NCBI GenBank assembly: GCA_905331295.1
Contig: CAJNYD010000459.1
Coordinates: 124,001 to 188,000, forward strand
Direction of reading: 5' to 3'
Length of the DNA: 64,000 nucleotides
Source of the DNA: Rotaria socialis
Taxonomy: Eukaryota
The notes beneath the pieces were generated by a model. It saw only the letters and a program-made list of their open reading frames with translations. It was not told the origin of the DNA and did not search any database. The position numbers and the translations under genes were made by a program. Shown here piece by piece: positions 53,230-64,000 of this stretch (within the stretch, counting starts at the first letter, position 1; every line of letters begins with the position of its first letter).

Positions 53230-56200
53230 GGATAGTTTTAGTTGGATTCAGTCTAAAATAGAAAATATGCCGGACTTATATTACATAGTTAGACTTGAAA
53301 GTTAGTAATATATGAATCAACGGGAAATATCTACTACATCATTGATATCGAAAACTAAAATGATAAGGTGACTATCTGTGAACGAGTGAAAATAAAAAAA
53401 TTAATTTCCTCGGATTGCAGTTGCAGTAGAAAGAACTCGCCATAAACAGTAAGCAAACGAAACTGCTGTAGTAGAAAATAAGGAAAAACTAGGTGGGGTA
53501 TTTACTAGAAAAAAAACAGTTCAAAAATAGTATTTATTTATTTATTTTTGATAGGTAATGGTCATCTAAACTACAATGAGCATGGTAAATTGATCAATTT
53601 AGAATAAAGTTACATAGAAATTCTATTCACCAGTGTTGCTGGTCAACTTATGGAATTATAAATTCTTTTTTGTCAACAAAATTTCAAGTTAACAAATAAC
53701 TCACTTTGACTTTTTCATGGTGTATACGGAATAGTTACAGAGGAACTTAAATTCTTTTTATGTTTCTTGTGCAATCTTACTCAACTGATGTCATCGAGGA
53801 AGAAAAAGAAATTCTTCAGTTGTGATTGTTTCGTTTTTATTGAATACGTATATTGAGATATTTGCGAGAATAGATTTGAGTAATATATGACCAACACGGT
53901 AGGTATTTATGACGTCAACGATTTTATCATTTTACTTGAAATTTGATCAGCAAAAAAAAAGAAAAAAGAGGGATTATAAAAGAAAACCATCGCAACACTA
54001 GAGTTATGCGATAATCGCGCAAGTAAATATGGTTAGTTGAGCAAAGCTCCTTGAAAAATAATCTATTAGTCAGGAATATTAACGTGTCAATTTATCTTGA
54101 GAAGATAATATTTTGTTTCTATTACTAGTATTAAACAAATAATATGACTTTTATTGTTGATTTTACTACAAATATCTGTTTATTACTCTAGAATTATATC
54201 ATGATTTTTTATTTATATAATATTCAATTACAGTAAATCATTGAGAATCTCATGAATTTTAGTGGACGCATGATAGATATGGTTTTTCTCTTCTTGTCGT
54301 CATTCAAAGGTGTAACTGATGCATTCATCTGTAGCAAAAAAAAACTCTATGTCTGTCTGTAATAGTTTCTATTTTCTTTTTGAATTAAATGCTGAGTCAT
54401 GTATAGTGTAAAAACACAAGGCAAACAAATATCAAAACAGAGAAAGACAAAAGGCGCACACACTTTTAAATAACCTCTGTCTTGTCATGTTTCGTGTATT
54501 TATATTCTCGTTGTAAATTAACGTTCGAAATAAAATTCATACCTTTTAAAAAATATGAACTTGGAAACTGTATAACAAATAATAAAATTCTTGAAAAATG
54601 TATTTAATCTTTATTGAAAATAAACAATGTTGATTTCTTTTTGTGGAGAAATCGACTTACGTTTTTGTCATTTATTGGTCAATACCTTTTTCGCATGTTG
54701 AAAAGAAAACAATTATATCTTTAAATAGATTTTAATTATGATACGTACTTTTATTACGGGTATGGAAAGCAACTGATTATCGCAAAGAACATCGGAAATG
54801 GTATGTAGAGGAAAACAGTGAAATACAGTCAATGAGTCCGAAAAACAACTAAAAATATGCTATTAACATACGGATATACTACTAAAAAAATGAATGATTT
54901 GAAAAAACAAAAACAAAGAGATTTTTCTGTATCCTGGTTTTCCTAGATATACGTTTTAGAAGTCTAAAGCATATGAGTCCATATTTATATATTATATAGT
55001 TATTATTCCATTAATGATATTGCCCCCGCATAGCTATTTTTTTAGATATGACTTTCCTAATGAGTTGGTAATCAAAAACAGAAAACATCAAATAGGAAAG
55101 TCCTTTAACATTTACGTCCTGTCCTAACATCATTTTAAAGCAATTTATGTATGATTACCGTTTTTCCTCATGCTAGAATTCTCGTAGAAAAAAAAAGGTT
55201 TATGAGTCTATACATCCAATATGCTCGTGCGACTGGTGCTTACCGACTTGGTGATATAGAATTCACTATAATAAATAAGATTTATGATTTTGAAGTCTTT
55301 CTCTAATAACACATAAAAACGACAACGTGATGTTTATTGCCGCGTATGCAGTTTAAAACGATCAAAACAAAAAACGGAGACACATGAGAATTTCATATTA
55401 AATAGTGTCATCATAGTGATTAACTAAATAAATTTAAATAGAAATAGTCCACGTTCATTGGATATATTTTGATAAAAAAAACATCATAAAATCAGATCTC
55501 ATATATAAAATATCTACAGTCAATAAAAAACACTGTTACCGATCAGAAAACAAACGATGATTTATTAGCGGTATCCAACACTTTTTTTGACTTTTATTAA
55601 GAGTAGAGCAGATTCGGCAAAACAAGATATGAGAAATAATCACTGAGTTATTAAAAAATGATTTCACCCTTGTGCGCATCTATATAAACCCTGTTTGTGA
55701 ATACTTGATATCTAATACTTGATATTAAGGATCATATTTAATAAATAATATATATATATAATTAATAGAAAATGTGATATTTTTATGATGAAAAACGTGT
55801 TCGATGAATATTTTTAAGAATACATATTCGTTTTCCCCTAGCTAAATTAACTAGTATAGTTAATGTAATATACAGCTTATCAAGCGTTTATGCTAGTCAA
55901 CACATTGAATTTGTCCTAAAGGAAAATTTCTCGAAGTATTTTCAGAATTATATCCCACGCACTTATTCCAATCTAGAATTATTTAATGATTCTTCTCTAT
56001 TCAAACTGCCCAACGTTATTCGTTCATAGGATACAAAAGGTTTTTACTCTGACCTAAATAGATAGTTTATTATCAGAATAATCTTTTTATCTTAGTTGAG
56101 ACTAAAGCTAACTGCGTTTATTTAAAAAATATCATAGATGAAACTAATCTTTCGTCTTAGTAAATAATACATTACGTTAACTATTTGACGTAGATAGGTG

Positions 56201-59200
56201 TAGCTTAACGGTAACAAAAAAAGGAGGGGGCTTTCGTCTCGTTTTACATGCTGTGACTACGATGTACGAAGAATGAAATCTATCGGCCTAATAATAAACT
56301 AAGCCCATAATTAAAAGACATTGTAAGATTATATCGAAATTAAACTGATTTATAACGTGTCTAATCGAAGCAGCCTCAATATTACGTACTTTAGAGAATA
56401 TTTAAATACAAAAGAATATAAAATTGCATACCATTCTCAATCTTACCAATCCTATTCTGCGATAGATTTGCAAGCTCTGTCATTATACCGATGAAACATT
56501 GAATCTCAAGTGTACGATTCATCTTATCCAAGTAAATGATTCAAAAAAAAAGATTGCATTTGAAGAAAGAAACCAAGAGGAGAAAAGATTGCGGAATTAA
56601 ATCAAACGGACTATTAGCAATGCACCTTAAGCCTGTTCAATGTGCCGACTATTTTCATGCATGAATTATTCGAAAATGATCAATATAAACATTTGTCTAA
56701 ATACACATCTGCTGTTAATAAAAGTCAAAACATACTAATTTATATTTATTTAAAACACACATATACAGATAGAAAAGTAATTAGATGTATCGAAAAAGCA
56801 TATGATATCTTGCAAAAATCCAATGCTGATAATCATATACTATGTCTGAAACAGAATGCTTTGATTGTGTCAGAATATTTTACGATTTATCAGCATGAAG
56901 GCTGTCTAGAAAATCTAAAGTTTAATGAATCTCTAGGACCTAGTTAAAATGTTCATAGAGAATGATGAATTTTTCTCACGTGCCAACATATGTAATTGCA
57001 TACTACGAGATCGAAGAGTTTCAAAGCCCAATAACTAAATCGCTATTCAACAAGAAATCTATTCATTTCCACAAAAATACTTCGCACAGACAGCGAGACG
57101 TTCACCTATTGCTTAAAAACTCGAAATATTGTAGTGTCTTGTATGCAAAACTTAGCAAATTTAATTATTAAAAGAATATTTTTTATCGAGTTTCAGATTT
57201 CTAAATTAAAAATTTCTTATCGGTCTCAAAGACCTTACTCTAGTTATTATCAATGGGACGCACGAAAGTGTTCGTCTTTCATCCTTAATTTCAATCATGC
57301 TATTGAAAATAATCAGCTGACTAGATGAACATTGATCTATATAAAGATGAATCATACTGATAGCAGAACCAGAGCAACTGACTTTTATATTGAGATTATT
57401 AAATCATATTTCTTCATCATTGCAACAAATATGATAATTTTGTAAAACAATTGATAGGAAGACAACTCTTTCATATATCTTTCAAATGATTTTATAGTTG
57501 TGAATAGCAGACTCCGACTGTTTTCATCAAGTGTGGTTTATAATAAATGTTATTGGGCTTGGGATTCGTAGGCGTATAGTGGAATAAATATGAAAGTCAT
57601 AATTACAAATTTCCGTGGAAATAGCTAAAAAAAAGTTATTATCGTCATCGTTGGCATTAACTTTGAGCGTTTTTGTATCTAAAAATAGTATCTCACAAAA
57701 ATGTTGCATAGCACTTTTATTGCATGTACCATTAATTTTTAATGTATCTATGTAAAATTTAAATATACCCTAGAGCTTTTTGCAACTGTAAACATGAACT
57801 CATTCAATCGAGTATTGATATTTCAGAATTTTCTGCATTAACAAGGTTCAAATCGATAGTTTTCTTTTCTGTATTTCGTTAAAATTCCGCTTCTACATTT
57901 TTTCAAATAATAATATTTAAATAAAAAAGAAAATTTGTCTGATAATTTTATGCTTTTCAAACTGCATTTCGAATTTATATTCACAATAAAGCATGCGCAA
58001 GTATATTTCCAGATATCTTGTTCGTATCAGGGTTGACATATTTCAAAAGAAAACTTGCGTTTACTTCTATCAGCGTAGTTTAACAAATGCAATCGTACTC
58101 AGCTGTTGAAATCAAAATCTTTTCACGCTTTTACATGTGTTCAACAGATAAGACGCTAACTTTTACCTACGGTGAACTTCGCTAAAAAGGGAATTTTCCC
58201 GAATTAAAAATCAAATGATCAAAAGTGTTACGTTTTCACCCGCACACTCAATTTTTATTTTTATGTCGAAATTAATTTAAACGAGTTATTTCCTTTGTCA
58301 CGTCAGATATTGAACATAAAATAAAAAAGTAGCACATCAACACCATGTATGATAAAGCGAAGATTATAAAGGTGCACATTTCTACATAATCTGAATCGTT
58401 CAGAGACTAAAAACAGCATACAGCAAATGATATTTGTCGTAACTGAATCGAATTTCAATGAACATTAGATAAAATTGTTTAGGATCTTGTTGGTAAGTTA
58501 CTTTTTCTTTGCGTTATTATACGATGCTGAAATCTATAGAAAAATGTTACAATATATATTTCTGAATCGTGACATTGACGAAACTGCTATACCTTCTATT
58601 TAAAAGTCAAAAGTTTGCATATTATATGTATAAAACAAAAGAAAAAAAGTGGTTTTCGGAGGCGTTCATTTTTTATGTCGTTCCCAATTCCTGCGGGAAG
58701 TGGCACGGAACAAATCGTTCCAACATGACACTAAAATATACAATATTGAATAATAGTTATGTTATGTTGTTTTCTAACAGCAAAAGTAACAAAATAGCTA
58801 GTGGAACCAGAACATGATAAGATATGTCATTCGCATATTTCTGCATAGAGCAATCGTTCATCCGATTGATAATTTAGTCCGATTTTTATTTTAACAAATA
58901 CATTCCAGTCCTAAGTAGACCAATGTTTTACTCTGAATCAAATGTTGAGTCAATTAATAATTTTAAGAGATCATTGTTTGATCTCGTTTACGTTAGCAAG
59001 AAATAGTTGATCAATTATTTGATAAATATAATATATTCTACTCAATGCATTTTCCCTCCGTACCTGTCGTCAGCTAAAAATTGATACGGTGAACTATGAC
59101 ATTCACGATAATTAAAAAATCTTTTCTGATTATAATTTCTCTTTTTCTAGACCAATATTTTTCTACAAATTAGTTCAGTCGTCCATTCGAAGGCATGAAT

Positions 59201-60128
59201 ACAAAGATAGTTCATCGTTTTGATATGTACAGTTCTCATTTCATTAGCTAATATTACTGTTTTTATTCTGGCACGAAACAACCTCGAAATTATCAATATG
59301 AATTTAGAACTATTACTGTATATTATGATTAGCAAAAAAAACACCCTTATTCATATAAATTAAGGTTTCATTTATATGTATAAGTTTCAGCTTGACATGT
59401 ACTCAAGTCCAAATGCACCAGAACATTTTATAAGAGTTGAATAAAAATTTCTACCCGATATATTTTGCTTGATGAAGTTCGTTCCGGTTCACGAAACAAG
59501 AAACTTTTTATACATCAAAAAATTTTATTTTTACTCGAAAGACTGCAATATCTATCCTAAATATCTTTGATTTATTCCCGAGAGAAAAACAACACAAATA
59601 TTCGGCGTGCAACTTTTTGGCTTTTTTATCATTTAGTATCATAGATCGAAGCGATGCTTACTAATATTCCAGATGAAATTTTTATTAGAGATATATTGAA
59701 ATTTTAGTCCAGCGTCTTCTCTGATAAACATGCTAAAATGATGTGTTCAAGTCTACACGACAGAACATATCAAATTCAGGCAACAATGACGAAAAAATTT
59801 TGCTAGTCTCGTTCGTATGAATCTACTGATTTTAAACCAAATCGAAATTCTACTGAGTTGTCTGAAAACATTTTTGGTTTTTGAATAACCTTAAAATTTT
59901 TTTAGTGCTTCTCATTTGAAGAAATTCAAGTATCTATCTAAGCCACACGTATGATTCAGCGATAGAATGTTTAAATCATCGAAGCACTAATATTTATGCA
60001 AGATTAAAAAAAAATAACAAAGACATAAAAATCTAAAACAATCGATTTCTTCCTCGTTTTTTTTTATTTGAATTTCTTCTTCTAAGTTGTTTTACCGAAA
60101 GGTTTACAACAAAACAATATTTTTTATT

Positions 60129-60452
60129 TTATTTCGCGGTTGTAGCTGGTGCAGTGGTTGTTGTTGTGCCTGCTGCTTGACGATGAGCTTTACGTGATTT
60201 AGCTAATGTACCTTCACGGAAACCATTTCGAAATCGACGAAAGACTTTCTTCAAATGTTTCATTCGGCCGGTGCCTGTTGTTTTTCGACGACGAGCTTTA
60301 TCACTCCATTGAAATTTACGGATTTTAGCTGATGGATAACCGCAAGCAGAACATTGTTTTTTTTGTAAATGGTACGATGAACGTCCACATCGACGACATA
60401 ATGTATGAGTCTTGCAGTTGCGTTTACCAAACGATTGTGTACCCTTCGTCAT
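60129..60452 (-). CDS. RPL37: 60S ribosomal protein L37 (eL37)
   Basis: [44 protein letters not shown]; Thr/Ala-rich C-terminal tail. Confidence 0.97.
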   Translation of the reverse strand: MTKGTQSFGKRNCKTHTLCRRCGRSSYHLQKKQCSACGYPSAKIRKFQWSDKARRRKTTGTGRMKHLKKVFRRFRNGFREGTLAKSRKAHRQAAGTTTTTAPATTAK

Positions 60453-60932
60453 TGTTCCGACGAAGAAATTCTAATTTCTAAAACGGAAAATTTCATTTTT
60501 TTGTAAACAAAAAATAGATCACATCGAAAAGTAACTAGCAGTTGATATGCATATGAAATACATTGTTAAAAAAAACAACAACTATTCGTTTCATCCATGT
60601 TTATTCGCATTGCGTGGAAAATCTGATGATTGGATGTTATAATGACTCGATTAACTAGAGTTTTTATGGAAATTATATCATATTAAAAGTTCAAAAGTAT
60701 GCTTATTTATGAGATTCATATTGATAATTAGTAGTAGTTATTCGAATAATATTTATAATTCAGTAAAAACATTCGATTGATGGTGACATCTATCCAACTG
60801 GACAGCGCGTAGTATTTTTTTTATATTTGGAAAACCTTTTGAGTAAAAGATACGAACCATTAAAGAGAAACAAGATAACAGACTCGCTTGAATTCATTTG
60901 ATTTTTATGACACCTTAATAATATTGTAGCAT

Positions 60933-61116
60933 TCCGCCCGGAAATTACCGGATTTTTTCCTATGGATTCCAGTCAGTTTCCTGTGCTTTCCGGCTGGAAG
61001 ATGACCAGAATACATCGGGAAAAAAATCTGCCAATTTCCGACCGGAATACTGCTTCCACAAAATCAACGGAACTAACCGGAACCGGCCGTTTCCATGCCG
61101 GACTCTTCGACCTGGG
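60933..61116. mobile_element. Partial MITE related to the CCCAGGTCGA family
   Basis: CCGG-rich segment ending TTCGACCTGGG; the other terminus is not visible. Confidence 0.5.
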
Positions 61117-61472
61117 TATGGTTACACTCTTCATAACTTCTCTAATTTAGCTACTATTAGTATTACTATCTACAGAAGTACATTCTCCGCTATAATGTAA
61201 CAGAGAATTTAAGAGAAAATGAACCATAAAAATTCTTGCATCCTTTGAATTTAGTACTTGTGCATGCAAAATAAAAATAACTGTGTTCGAAACAATATGT
61301 TATTTCGTAGTTCGAACAAAAACATTGTTTCGTGTCGAAGAATTGCTGTTACTATTGCATTCCTGTTATAGTTATTCCGAATTTTTGTTTTCTTTGTTGA
61401 TTCGCAACTTTTTGTGACAAATGGTTTCTCAAGTTAACAACGAAAAATGTTGTTCATTATGCTTTTATTTTG

Positions 61473-64000
61473 CTAATTATATGACTGATCCATATTTCTA
61501 TGAATTATTCGCCAACTTATAGTCGTATCATCTGTGTAGCCATGGGTTCCTCCACTCTTTCGATTTGTTTTTAACGTAAATAACAATTCTTGGACACGAC
61601 TTTCAATTGTAGCTAAATAGAAAAGAATATTTCGATCATTGATTGATTCGTTCGGCGATAGAATAATATTTCGATCACAGTTAAGTTCAAGAAATAAATT
61701 ATTGATCAATTGATAAGCAGTGTCTAATATTATGCGAAGATTTTGTTTAGCTGTGTGAAGTGATTGAACATTCGTATTAGCTTTATTTACAGAATACTGA
61801 AAAAGGAAAATCTTCGTTTAATTGTAATGGCATATTAAAGAAAAAATATGGTTAACTCACTTCTAATGTTGCAAATATATCTTTGATAACAATTGTATCA
61901 ATATTATCATTCAAGAATAGATTTGAAATATATTTTCGTTTATTATCAAGATCTTCATGAAGATGATCAAGCTATTTTCAAGTGTAAAGATCTGTTATAC
62001 TCGTTTTTTTAAAATTTAAGTGTTATTTACTTCGTTAACTAATTCTACAAAATATTCAAAAAGTGTAAATACTTGTTCTTGTTCGCCAATAAAAGTTTCA
62101 ACAGCTCGACTAAGTACTTTTTCTTTGAAAAAATCTTGATCAAAACCAATACGAAATAAATGCCGAAATTCATTGGCTGTATAAGCACTTTTTACTCCTT
62201 GAGCACCTATTGATAATGATCGTTAAGTTCAGAGCAAAAAAAAGATAAATCAGCTTAGTTTATTACGTTTGCCAGAGAATAGTTCATTCAATCGAGTTTG
62301 TTCTTGGCGTACATTGGATTTTTTTACAATAAAATTTTTCGATGCATAATTACTTTCAGATAATCGATCAAGTTCGCGAATATCATTTAGTAATTTCTTT
62401 TCATCACGTTCATGTTGATCGCGTATAGCTCGCATACGTGCAAGCATATTTCGTCTAAAATTTCATTCATATATATCTAGCATAGATTTTCCAAGAAAGT
62501 AGTAAATAGTTATGTCAGGTTGTGATTTTTCTGACTTCTGTTGAACGAGATTAATTGTGAATAGAGCACCTGTCATTATATCCGTTTTGTAGATTACTTC
62601 AACATAACAGATCTCAGACACGTCTTTGCATTACTTATAAGAGATGAATCAATTCCCTCAATGTCATCAGCAGTACGACTTGAGCTATTTTGAGATATCT
62701 TAAAATCTTCAATGAAATTTGTATCGCCACAATATATTCGTAAATATCCCATGCAGTGACGTTTCAGACTCATCCAGAGACAAAACGTTTTGTTTAGAAT
62801 GTGAAATATGATGCATGTAATTGGAAGATAGCCTACGAACTGATCCCAATGATAACCTGTAGGAAATAATCAATATTAGTATTCTTTGCAATTTAAATCA
62901 GTAACTAAAATAATACAAATGCTACTGTAAGGAAAGTTACAAGCGTATACTCCATTTCATTTTCCTCGGGTGTTAGATTGACAAATCTTTTTTCCTCTTG
63001 ATGCTGTACGATTCATTTTTAAAAGTAAAGATAAAATCATTGTTTTAAAATTAGCGTATCTTAATTTAGTTAATGACTAAACACACTCTAGATGGAATAT
63101 GGCACTTGAATCTTCATTTTTTTTACTCAGTTAAGGAAAACTGTTGCACGAGCAAATCTGTCTAATCTCATAAAAATCGTCATACCTATTAGCAAAACTT
63201 TCTGAACACTCGTGAGTTAATCGACGCGATTCATCAGTTGCATTTTGCAAGGCAATACGAAGTCGATTATATTCTTCAATCATTTCACGACGTTCATCTA
63301 ACATAAGTTTAATATTAATACGTAATTCAGCATTATTTGCACAAATTTTGCTTAATTCAAGATTCATCTAAACAATTAATATTATTTCTTGATGATCGAA
63401 AACAAAACAGATTACAGACGCGATGCAACTGATTTTCAGCTTGACTTAACTTTGTTTTATTATTATATTGTTCAGTATCATCTTGCTTATTATGCATTTT
63501 TCTAGTTCGCTCTGAATCTTTTTCTATTTCTTTTATCTAAAAGAAATATCGATGTCGTTATTTTTCTCGTAAGTCGTATTTCCAAATCTGAATATTACTT
63601 TAGTACAAAGAGAATCAATAGTTTTTTCAAGATTTTTATTATCTGCTTCGATATATTGTATATGACTCCAAACTTGTTTATAGTCTTTGGGTGGTTTTTC
63701 TTGTTGTATCAAACTCTGACGTAAAAGTAATTCATTTTTTGAACATTTTTCTATATTAAGTAGTTTTCTGAAAATTATCGAAATAATTATTATTTCGTTT
63801 TCTTTTTTTTCAACAGATGTAAAAAGAAAACCTAGTTTACTCTTGTATAACTATTGAATTATGCGTACGATGTAAAAATCGTTTTATGCGCATTTCTAAA
63901 CGTCGATGAAGACTTTTCAATTTAGTTTCTTCAGCTGTTAGGGCAGTTATTCGACTTGAAAATTCCATTAATTTCATCGGATCACTGTTCTGAAAGAATG
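61473..64000 (-). CDS. Coiled-coil protein of the CCDC63/ODAD1 (CCDC114) outer-dynein-arm docking family; 5' end beyond the window, multi-exon
   Basis: Exons read ENQLHR-MNLELSKICANNAELRINIK..ECSESFANR, MLARMRAIRDQHERDEKKLLNDIRELDRL, INDRNILFYLATIESRVQELL, matching my recollection of this family. Confidence 0.7.

Noticed and set aside
56642..57328. Short ORFs upstream of the neuropeptide gene
   Set aside because: No recognisable domain or coherent splice pattern

Overview
AT-rich, intron-containing eukaryotic (metazoan) DNA. The gene content, short introns and transposon types resemble a bdelloid rotifer; this is an inference, not a database match. The window has two compartments. (1) About 1-23.5 kb is a transposon-rich accessory region. 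It holds a 9.2-kb intron-containing hAT element whose transposase has an in-frame stop, two solo-LTR-like inserts in the hAT introns (one built around a tRNA-like cloverleaf), a cognate hAT MITE with an 8-bp TSD, two copies of a tRNA-headed SINE, several palindromic MITEs, and a head-to-head pair of intronless septin/GIMAP-like GTPase genes with a mirror-symmetric 460-bp promoter. The two GTPases carry different modules in the same coiled-coil slot: a Cys/His cluster in one and an N/Y/H/D-rich heptapeptide repeat in the other. (2) About 29.7-64 kb holds core animal genes: a ~19-kb IP3 receptor gene with two pairs of apparent mutually exclusive exons (one covering TM5) and two candidate 24-nt microexons, CHID1, a two-exon RFamide-type neuropeptide precursor, RPL37 and the 3' part of a CCDC63/ODAD1-like gene. 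All calls come from reading the sequence by eye; no searches were run.
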